Source of the DNA: Phoronis australis
Taxonomy: Eukaryota > Animalia > Phoronida
Direction of reading: 5' to 3'
DNA: 64,000 nt
NCBI GenBank assembly: GCA_002633005.1
Contig: NMRA01000117.1
Location: forward strand, 500,617 to 564,616
In this document: piece after piece, positions 41,101 to 51,600 of the stretch
Position numbering within the stretch: the first letter of the stretch is position 1
Layout of the letters: each line of letters opens with the position of its first letter
The notes under the pieces: generated by a model
Databases searched by the model: none
What the model was told of the DNA's origin: nothing
Seen by the model: only the letters and a program-made list of their open reading frames with translations
Program-made: the position numbers and the translations under genes

Positions 41101-44100
41101 GAACTTTTTTAACTTCCCTCCCCTCCTCTTCTTTTGGAAACCCTACAAAACGTAGGCGCACATACCAAAATAAGGGCAGCACAAACTTCTCACACGACTT
41201 TTCCCACAACTGCTTTCGACGCTTGTTATGACTCGCCGACAAGGGATTACAATGCGCCTGTTGTCAGGAATTGTAGAGGTGAGCGGCCATAACATACAGT
41301 GATACGGCGGGTTAATAAGGTTAAGAATAAGAAGATTTAAGATGAAAACTATTATTTCTGAACTGAAGTTGAAGTGCTGAGATACGGTAAGAGGACTTAT
41401 TTTTTTAGATTTGCTGTGTTTCTTGGTTCCCTTTCGATATTTTGTTCTCTGGCTCGTATTTATTTTCGAGTACGATTTCAAGCACACTGCCATACCAAAC
41501 TTGAAATTTGAGCATAGACTCCGAAGTTTTACTCAAAATCGTACTCGAAATATAGATGAGATACACTCCAGTTCGAGTACACTCAACAAATGAGTACGTG
41601 CTCGAAATTTCGAGTACAGATTTTTTGAGTATGACATTGAATACACCAAAGCTGAGTCTGTACTCGAGTTGAGTATGAAGTGTGAGTTTGAGTATGATTC
41701 GAGTCTGAGTACGGAGATTGGAGACCGGGCCCAGGTGCTCTCAAGTTTTGAAGCTCATGTCTTCCTGGTAGCATTCCATAGCCCATTTTGTACGAGTAGT
41801 AATTTTTATGGCAGCATAAGTCAGCTTAGCCAAGTTGAGAAAGTAGCCAAGTGACAAGAAGCTTTGTTGTAAATCTGACATTATGTACATTCGGATCAAT
41901 GTTTTCATGTAGTTTCTTTTTGAATTTAGGCTTTTACGCTCGTTAATTTCAGATTTCTGGAATGTGCATGGTGAGTGTGAGAATTTTGCAGTGGTCAAAG
42001 GTCACACAGGAGCTGTAATGGAACTGCATTTTAATGCTGATGGCAGGTATGGTCCTCTCTAGACTATGTTTAAAACTTGGTCATAAAGTGATGCTTTTCG
42101 AAATACTTGGTGATCAAAGGTGATTGTGTATCTGAAAATACTGCCTGGGCATCTATATTTGCTTGTTCATGTTTATTTTTAAGGTTTTATTACTCATCAA
42201 AGATGTCAAAAATTTCTGTTTTCATGGGTTAAAATTTAATAATGTAAATTCTTAGAAAATATTTTAAGAAATTCATCCTTGTTCACTAAAGTACACGGTT
42301 GCCTCAGTTCACTGAGTTTTTTCGATACATAAGTATTGGAAGAATTTCCATTGAGAATCTAACTTGTGCAACTAAATACCACAGTTCATTTCAAAAATAT
42401 ATAATTGGGCCTTTTTAACAGCAATCTCATCACAGCGTCTACAGACAAAACTGTTGCATTGTGGGACACAGATGTGGGTGAGCGTGTGCGCAAATTCAAA
42501 GGTCACCAAGCCTTCGTTAACACGTGCAGCCCAGCCAGAAGAGGTCCTCTTTTAATATGCAGTGGAAGTGACGATGGAACAATAAAGGTGCGTGACTATG
42601 CTGTATAACTGAATCTTGTCATTTGGTACTTTTATTGTGGATTGTCCTCTAAGAAACAATACCAGAAAGTTTATTAAAACATTTTGCTGTCTGTGTAAAA
42701 TGGTAGTTACAATATTGTGGTAAAAGTTTCATTGCTTTGAATTAAGTGAAATGCTCCATATGACTCGTAAAAAATACATTTTGTGTCATTGTACTTGCAT
42801 ATTTATTTATACGCATAACAGCATTTTACCCTGAACTCAGTGCTGGTGCCTGCTTGAACACCTGCTGGAGAACCTCCTTTTGTACATATATTACATTTCT
42901 CTGCTTGTTGTTTACAGCTTTGGGATTCCAGGAAGAAGACCCCAATGCAGACATTCCAGAACACATACCAAGTAACAGCAGTCTCATTCAATGATACAGC
43001 AGAACAGCTGATATCAGGTGGCATTGACAATGATGTTAAGGTTAGTTCTGAAGGGACTGTGTATGTTCTGGTCATCATTATGTGATACAGCAGAATAGCT
43101 GACATCAGTGCACATTGACAGTAGTGTTAAGGTTAGTTCTGACATGACTGTGTGTTTAAGTCATTGAATGAGGAACGATAGCTTTGTTTTTGCTATTCTA
43201 AATTTCGATCAAAATCATTTTATTATACTACACTGAGGTTTGTGGTTGTCTATGAAAGTATTTAAAGATCAAAAACTTACTCGCACTTGGTTAGTGAAGG
43301 CAATTTAAATGTGTATTTGCATGCTCCTAATGTATAGCAGAAAATAAATGGTAATGCTATTTTAACACAATCTATGGTAATTTGTAAATCTGTAAAAAAA
43401 ATTCTGCCTATAGATGATTTTTGCACCAATGACGTACGTACCTTGGGGGCTCACATACCCCGCGTCATGCAGTGGTATTCCTCAGCACCACGTCATGATA
43501 CTTACTGGATATGGTTCAGTGATTTGCGGCATATAACTTTCGCCACAAAACTTGTTCTTAACTTAGGAAGATAATTTAACCAACAATGTGTGAATGGTTC
43601 AAATGGTGTGGAGTGCAGTACTTTGTATTGATAGTTGGGAAATAATATAACCAACACTGTGCCATGTGTTTAAAGCAACTACTAAACATGTTTTGATGTT
43701 AAAAACAACATTCTTCAAAGCTGTTTTTCCTCTTCCAAAGCTATGTCTTCATATCATTTTCCTTTGTGTTGACATTGGCGGCTATAAATAGCTTAGAATT
43801 CCCCCAATGGCTTTACTGCCATGGCGAGTGCAAAACTAATCTGCCATCACAAAGAACTAAAATGGCTCTGTACTGAAACAATGACATGTCTGTTCTTAAT
43901 AAGCCTAGATGTCATTTCTAATTTGAGTAAGTTACAAGATGAGATCGTTATTGTAATATTTAATGTGACCTAAAATCTAGTTCATGTTTAACAGAATACT
44001 CGGGTTTATTGCCCCTGGAATTAGTACTCTCATTAGTGTAGTATGTTCATTGCATGCCATGCTTCAGTTCTGTGCCTAAACAACAGGTCTGTAGTAGTTT

Positions 44101-47100
44101 TGCTGATTACTTACTAACTCCTTGCTCCTGTCATTTATTGTCAGTCTTGTGCCATTACAGGTCTGGGACTTGCGTAAGAATGACGTGCTATACCGCATGA
44201 GAGGACATGTTGATACAGTGACTGGAATGGAGCTGAGTCCTGATGGCTCATATTTACTGACCAATGCCATGGACAACACAGGTATGCAAGATTTTTTTGT
44301 TCCTGAATTCAAGTAATGTTTTGACGTTACCTGTTCGCTCCTTGTTAACAATTTGTCATTTTGAAGTAGAACATTTCCATTATTAGAAACCTTTTTAATA
44401 GAGCCGTCATTTGGAAGGAGATTCTGCTCTTTCTTTGTATTGATCACTCAGTCTCTTGTTAAATGGACATTATAGGTGAGGAAAGTGGAGATCAGCTTCA
44501 TTAGGGAATCGAACCTTCCACCCCTGCAGTTGCAGTCTAAAGCTTTGCTGGCGATTTTTGTGATTTTACTGCAAATTGCTAATTGTCGCCTTTGTCTGTG
44601 ACATTCGCTAAAATCAAGGCCGATTTCTTTAAATTTAAATACATTTGAAATACTCAGGGCTTGGAATGACCAATGACAAAAAACGCGGAAACTTTTATGG
44701 GCCCAAAACATGCGCGCCACCCAGCCTTGAAATAGTCGACGTGATCCTTTCGCCGAAAAAAATCGGTCAGACTAAAAAAAAAGGTTACCACCATCAGTAG
44801 CATGCGTCTGCGTCTTTTTATCTCGTCCATCCACTCCTCCATTCCCACCCCCACACATTTTTGGCTGCAGAGCCGTAGTATTTGTCACCGCGGTTTACAA
44901 TCACACGAGACGCCATTGAAAATCCCACCATGCTATCCCAGATGCCCCGGCAATGTTGACAATTTACGTTCCTCCGAAACATAAATAGCAACTTCCGCTT
45001 TTCGAGGTGAACGTCGTCGGCAATGCCACGGTAAGAAAGGAATTTGCTGCGGAAATTTTATATCAAATCCGATTTTTTTACGCGGAAATATAATAAAATG
45101 CGCGGACATAACATTTGAAAAAAGCGGAAATCCGCGTTTTCGCGGAAAATTCCAAGCCCTGAATACTGTTGCTATTTAATGCATGGGATAAGGTTCTGCT
45201 GCGGAGCATTCGACTGGTAATGCAGAAGTAGTGGGTTAAATTCCATGTTACTGCTAATGTCTGTAAAATTACTTTTCTCGCCAAGAATGTATTGTGACAA
45301 AAGAATTGCATGGCTGCTGGTCAGAGGACTTCCTGTTTAGGATTTGGGGTTAGTGACAGGTGAAGGACCAGTTCAATGTCTATTCAAATACGAAACAATG
45401 GCAAAGAGCAACCAAAACAATAGAATCATGTACTGTGGTACTTTTAACATCAATTTACAACTTGTGACATTTAGGTGGCTAGATCATTCTTTTAGCATAC
45501 AGATGAATGTTTTGAACATTTAGGTGGACTTGTAGAGATGTTTCTTTCCACCTGCTCGCTGATTGCTATGGATTATGTTGTTAGTGAAAATAGTGCACAT
45601 GAAAGTTAATAATCAACAACAGAGGGCAGTAAGTGTTTTACTGTTCCTGCTGTAAGACATGACTCTTATAAGGTGTTTACGTTTATTTTGACATCTTCAT
45701 TATTTAGTGAGAATATGGGATGTCCGGCCTTTTGCACCACAAGAGAGATGTGTAAAAATATTTACAGGCAACCAACACACATTTGAAAAGGTACTACTGA
45801 AGTTTTTTCTATTTAAATGTGTGCGTTATTTACCGATTACCAACCTTTAAAAGTGTCAAGTCAACTTTTTCTGAATCTTTAGCATCCGTGTTTTATGCAT
45901 TTTTTAAAGTTAATAAACTTTCAGTGCTGTTTGTTCAGAAGCTAATTGCTCATTTCACATATTTTCTTGTCTGTGATTTCACCAGGTATTTCAACTGTTG
46001 CTTTTATGTCATACGTTTTAGTTTATTAACCATATTGTAAATCGTTGAAGAGGGTTCCTATGTGGGGTTGGTTCGTCACGTGAACTTACTTAGTTTGTAA
46101 TGCTGTAACAAAATTACAATGTACGCAAATATTTGGAAATATCCGTACTCTTACAGTTCTTGTGTTTTGGCTTATGTCTTTATTTTTTGTTTTGACACTC
46201 CATCAATTCAGCTCATCATTATTATGAAGTAATTGCAGTATTTTGTTTCTTGTAAATATGCTACCATAGCAACATTCCTGTGCATTTCAGAACTTACTTA
46301 AATGTGCCTGGTCACCAGATGGCAGTAAAGTGTCTGCTGGGTCTGGAGATCGCTTTGTTCATATCTGGGACACAACATCCAGGAGGGTATTATATAAACT
46401 GCCTGGCCACCAGGGCTCAGTCAATGAAATCGACTTCCACCCAACAGAGCCTGTCAGTAAGTAGAGGGATGTGCTACTCTGAAATCGTCAGAGTTGACAT
46501 TAATGTTTTTCCAAAAGATGACATAACTTAGATGTTTATCTCAACTTGAATTTGGAAGTTAGCAAATTAAACGCATTAGTTTGTGTGCACATGATTTCCA
46601 TTGAGGTAATGTTGCTGAGTTGTTCTTCTGAGTGGTATAAGTCACAGGAGTCCAGGATTTCAAGAACCACTGAATAATGGCATCAAACTGGTTATCAAAA
46701 TCCTAGTGACCTACTGAACGTTCATTAGTTATTTTAAGAAGATACTTTAACCCTGTTTTGGTGATTTCAACCAACCATTATTCTGTTCCCTGCTAATGCA
46801 CCGTTGTTTTCTCACTCAAATGATAAAAGGACTCAATTAAAAACACACTCATTGTGTCACAGAATGTAACTTATGGTTCTTGGTGGGTGGTCTTTCCCTA
46901 CAATTGTCCTGAAACTTATCTACATAGTATAACATGCTTTACCGTTCAGCAGACTTTGCAAGGAGTTGTCAGATTATTGCTCCTAAGTTTTAGGTTTAGT
47001 ATCCTAACTTAATATGTCTCTTAAGTGACTGTTGCCCTATTGAGCATGTATTAGTTATTTTAACTTTTATCTAAATTTATGACACATTAGATGCCCTCTA

Positions 47101-47975
47101 GCATGTCTTGAAATACACTTCTTAAGGCTGACCTGTCAATCTACTTTATGAGCAAAATGAAGAATGACTTGCAGGAATGCTGAAAATATTTTTTTTTAGT
47201 GATCGATTCTGGCATTGACTGGAGTAATTCTGGGTTTGATACTGATCAGACAGGGCTTGGAATGACCAATGACGAAATACGCGGAAACTTTTACGGCCCA
47301 AAACATGCGCGCTTCCCGGCCCGAAATAGCGGAGATGTGGACCCTTTGCCGACAAAAATCGGAAGGACTAAAAAACGGTACCAAAAAAGCGTGCATCTGC
47401 GTCTTTTTAGCTGGCCCGTCCACTCCCGCCTCTGCACATTTTTGGCTGCAGTGTCGTGGTATTTGTCACCGCGGTTTACAATCGCACAAGACGCCATTGA
47501 AAAATCCACCACGCCATCCCAGATGCCCCGGCAATGTTGACAATTTACGTTCCTCCGAAACATAAAAAGCAAAATAAATTCCACTTTTCGAGGTGAACGT
47601 CGTCGGAAACGCCACGGTAAGAAAGGAATTTGCCGCGGAAATTTTATATCAAATCCGATTTTTTTACGCGGAAATATAAAATACGTGGACAGCACATTTG
47701 AAAAAAGCGGAAATCCGCATTTCCGCGGAAAATTCCAAGCCTTGTCAGAGTGAGATTTTGAGGCTCAAAATATTGACTTTAGAGCACGCTTTGCAGATCG
47801 AGAAGTATATAGAAACAGTTTCAAACGGTTGATTCAGTGTATAACAAATAATTAACCAAGAGGTCACCTGACCATCAAATTTGCTAAATAGGTCTAAATG
47901 TTTGAATTATCTTTTTCTTTTTCAGTTTTGTCTGCATCAAGTGATAAAAACATATACTTGGGAGAGATCGAATAA
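38048..47975 (+). CDS. SNRNP40: U5 snRNP 40 kDa WD40 protein; join(38048..38152,39830..39959,41953..42046,42422..42587,42918..43040,44161..44281,45708..45790,46291..46456,47926..47975); 345 aa
   Basis: RTSSLEAPIMLLTGHEG, WNVHGECENF, GSDDGTIKLWD, NAMDNTVRIWDVRPFAP, FEKNLLKCAWSPDG, LYKLPGHxGSVNE, SSDKxIYLGEI are diagnostic of SNRNP40. All introns are GT-AG with matching phases. Confidence 0.96.
38235..38834. mobile_element. Palindromic (foldback) MITE in SNRNP40 intron 1
   Basis: Two imperfect ~280-310-bp inverted arms centred near 38560; TA at both ends. Confidence 0.7.
39830..39959 (+). CDS. SNRNP40: SNRNP40 exon 2
   Basis: RTSSLEAPIMLLTGHEGDIFTAKFSPDG...GFDRLI|gtaagt. Confidence 0.93.
40351..41731. 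mobile_element. PIF/Harbinger-like non-autonomous element (TSD CAG, TIR GGCCCGGTCTCCAATCTCCGTACTCAGACTC)
   Basis: cag|ggcccggtctccaatctccgtactcagactc ... gagtctgagtacggagattggagaccgggcc|cag. Confidence 0.85.
41953..42046 (+). CDS. SNRNP40: SNRNP40 exon 3
   Basis: FWNVHGECENFAVVKGHTGAVMELHF. Confidence 0.93.
42422..42587 (+). CDS. SNRNP40: SNRNP40 exon 4
   Basis: TASTDKTVALWD...GSDDGTIK. Confidence 0.93.
42918..43040 (+). CDS. SNRNP40: SNRNP40 exon 5
   Basis: LWDSRKK...TYQVTAVSFND...GGIDNDVK. Confidence 0.93.
44161..44281 (+). CDS. SNRNP40: SNRNP40 exon 6
   Basis: VWDLRKN...GHVDTVTGMELSPDGSYLLTNAMDNT. Confidence 0.93.
44655..45161 (+). mobile_element. hAT-like MITE (TIR CAGGGCTTGGAAT), copy 1
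   Basis: TIRs at both ends; aatact duplicated on both flanks. Confidence 0.85.
45708..45790 (+). CDS. SNRNP40: SNRNP40 exon 7
   Basis: RIWDVRPFAPQERCVKIFTGNQHTFEK. Confidence 0.93.
46291..46456 (+). CDS. SNRNP40: SNRNP40 exon 8
   Basis: NLLKCAWSPDG...LYKLPGHQGSVNEIDFHPTEP. Confidence 0.93.
47251..47744 (+). mobile_element. hAT-like MITE, copy 2
   Basis: Highly similar to 44655..45161; tcaga duplicated on both flanks. Confidence 0.85.
47926..47975 (+). CDS. SNRNP40: SNRNP40 exon 9 (last)
   Basis: Strong polypyrimidine acceptor; ILSASSDKNIYLGEIE*. Confidence 0.92.
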
Positions 47976-48377
47976 CTCATCAAAGATCCAAAATTGGTGG
48001 ACTGAATTGTTTTATGTCATATCATGAGAGACACTGGATTTTAATGAGAAGTACATTTATCAAGATATTCATGACACAACACCACTGTTCCAACACTACT
48101 GTATCAGGATATTCATCATGAGATGCCATCATGCTCCTGCCAGTGCTCTATTAATATTTTTGTACTTGCGTAAGATTTGAATACAGTTGATCTGATCTGT
48201 GAGATTGTTTTCATCCTTCTTACATGAATTCTTTATTTAAATGTTGTCGCGTTATTACCTGATACTCACACTGAGATAACAATGACAATTTTCAATAACG
48301 AACAACTCCCATGTACCCACTTATTTTTCTATACAGAACTAACACTGGCTGATTCAGGCCACTCTCGTAACACCCCG

Positions 48378-48603
48378 TCAGTCAAAATCCATGTTAGCAG
48401 GAGTCCACACTTCCACATCGCGACACTTGGAATTGACAAGTTCCCTTCTGATTTCATGTGTTATTTGGTGATGCGAGTGTGAACGAAGCACTGCCAGTAG
48501 TGCCTCCTTTTGTTCACTAGAAATGTCTTCTTTGTATCTCTGCACAAATGTAAGAAAACTTTGATGCCACAACACAGGGAGTTCACGCTTATCTTGTTGA
48601 AAT
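48378..48603 (-). CDS. BYSL: BYSL last exon
   Basis: [18 protein letters not shown]...EIRREL...stop; minus-strand AATAAA at 48232-48237. Confidence 0.93.
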
Positions 48604-51600
48604 CTGAAAGTATAGAACAAAACAACTGAGCTATTTGCACCATGGCAACAGAACTGAAAGCCTGCTGACTGTTCTTTCAATAACGAAGAAACTTACTCTT
48701 ATTAGGATTTTTAAGGTCACATACAACTTTCAAAAAATAAAGAAATATGGCTATTTTCGGAACACATCTCAAAGACGGCTGATCGGATTAAAAACTCCTT
48801 CAGATTCTGTTACAAAGCACTGCTAGGAATTGTTTTCAAAGTGGTCAATTTTGGTGTGAGGACTATAAAAATAGAGGATTTTCATGAAAAACGAAACAAA
48901 AACAAAAAGATCATTTTGAAACTAATGTGTATAAAATTTCATCTTGAACTCTGACATCAAATGAAATTTGGTTGTTATTTATACAGTAGTTTTGCTATGA
49001 ATGTTTCTTTTTTGGAAAATCTTGACAGAAAGATAACCACATTACCCAATTAAAGGCAGAATAGTAAAATCAAATTCTACATGCTGTCAGTTGATAATAT
49101 TTGCAAAAAATACATATTGACGCAAAAGTTTGCAGAAAATTATCAACTTCCAAATATTCATGAAGTTAGTTCACTTACAAATGTGGTAACTGTTGATTAT
49201 TCCTTGTAAATAATGTACATTTCACTGTTTTTTGTTTCTTGTTTTACGTGCCTTGACGATACTCGTACTAGAGCGAAAAAAACTTCCACACGGTTTCTAC
49301 TTTCAGAAAGCATATACTTTCATAGATAAATTCTATAGTTTTGTAGATACAGTACACGCCACAAGTGCTCTGATGAAATGACCCAGAATTCCCTGGCAGA
49401 GTTGAAGCCAAATTCACTGTCTGTGTAGTTTTCCTCTATGACCCAGAATGAAGGGGAATTGATGGGGAAGTTAAAACAAGCTAAGCCATTCTAAAACAAT
49501 AATTTTGTTCCTTTAATAGTGATGACCAGTCATTTTTGCTGTTAACAGAATTTGTCATTATGACGGAAAATTTTTCATCTGATTACGTTTGTTTTTTACT
49601 AATACTTGGTTAAATGCACTGCATAGCCACTTAAGACGAGCAGTTTGTTGTGAAATACCTTAGTTACAAAACAAAATAAAAATATAACTCCAGCTCACGG
49701 TGGACCCTCATAGAGAAACCATGGATTCAATATAGTTCCTTTTATTTAGTTATAAAATAGCAGCTGTTTTTTGTGTTCATTAATTTCTAGATCATGTTGT
49801 ATTAATTACTTGGCTCTCAGTCACATTTTACATGTCAGAAACACTTTAACCCTATAGCGCCGGTACTCGCATATTTGAGTGAAAGCTTCAATCACCCCAA
49901 GTGCCGGTAAACGCACATATGAGTGTCAAAGTTCCCAGACAGTTTCTGCCACCTTGTGACAGCTAAAAATAAATATTTCTCACACATGTGTACACATAGA
50001 TTGATGACGTATACAATAAGTGTTTTTCTTTGTTGGAAGTGGCGTGTTGTTGAATTTGTCGGAATTTTTTGAGAGAAGTGTTGATATTTTAGTTATAAGA
50101 TGGCGGGAGTAAGAGAGAGGAAAGTCAAAGTGGATACTGTTTTAGATTTACTGGAAAACAGTGACTATGAGAGTGAATTAGATAGTGATTCTGACTCTGA
50201 TGAGGATATTCCTCTCGCTCAGTATGCCAGGCGATCAGACAGTGACACTGAAATGANACAAAAATACTGAAATCGCAAAGTGACTTCGAAAACCTAGCAT
50301 GTATGACATTCACATGACACATTTACTTAAGCATCTGACTGCAAAAACACAATGCTGCACTAAATTTGTCATAAGTAACTATCGCTGCTCGAACTCAATC
50401 AAATGGTGTTGAACATTAAGAAACAGAACATACTTGAGAAAGTGAAACACAACAGCATCAACAACCCTATACGGCAGGGCATACTTCTTGTCCAGTAGCG
50501 TCTTCAGGAAGATGCTGTTCCCTCCGGTGTAATCCATTTCTGCTATTTTCAAAATGGCTGCTGCTGAGTGAAGCATAGGTATAGAGTTCTTCGCCAACAC
50601 ACTAGATAAAATGATGGCTTCCCGCAGTGTACATGTTCCAGACTGGAAATAATGAGATACATAAAGACAGGCTATGATGTGAATTATGAAACGTATCTTC
50701 CTTCAACACACAGAAGAAAGTTAACCTAGGGATCAAATTATCAAGGATGAAAAGACAGAATAGACTCTATCAGGTAGAATTCAATTGAAATCAACACTTA
50801 ATACAAACATTGCTACCATATCAGCATGCCTATATATCCACCACATGTAATACCACAGAAGGTAGTGGCTGCCACCATGTATACACCAGCAGTACGCGGA
50901 TGGAGTTTGAGGCTATACAACGTGCACTAACCAAGCTGTCACTCCTAGACCTGGAGAATCACACCATTATCTTTGCCACCGATTCCATGGCAGTGTTGAT
51001 GAAAGTTCAATCTGGAAACCTCCCAGCCAACTGGGGTGTCTTCCGATCATGCCACCCTCATCATGTAGTGATCTGGTCTTTCGTACCTGGCCACGCCGGT
51101 GTCTTGATTAATGAGCGTGCAGATTACCTCGCTGGCTCAAGCACCACCAACCAACCCCTCTACTTATATTCGGCCGACGTTAAGCTGCTGGCTCGCAAAC
51201 GCAACCTCGAGCAGACTGCATCCCAGCTGGCTGAGTTCAATGATGGCAGCCGCCTGCTCGAAGCCGGTATTATTTATGGCCATACTGCGAAGAGCCACAA
51301 GAAGAGCCGTGCCCGAGTGCTGTCTAATCAAATGCTTACAGGCAACGTCAGCCCTGGAGTTCTGCGCCTTCTGATGTCACGGGGATGGTCTGGGGAGGGG
51401 ATTAATGCACCAGCATATCCCCAATGATCCTGTCCGTGACAGGTATTACAGGTATTACAGGTAATACCACAGATAGGGTCATTTTGAAAACTCCGGAAAG
51501 GGTATGAAGATCAATTTAGAGTTTTTACAACATCTACTTTTAACAAATAAGACGATGGGGCTAGTTAAGTTCATTCATAGCTTCTGTGGCTTGTTTCTCT

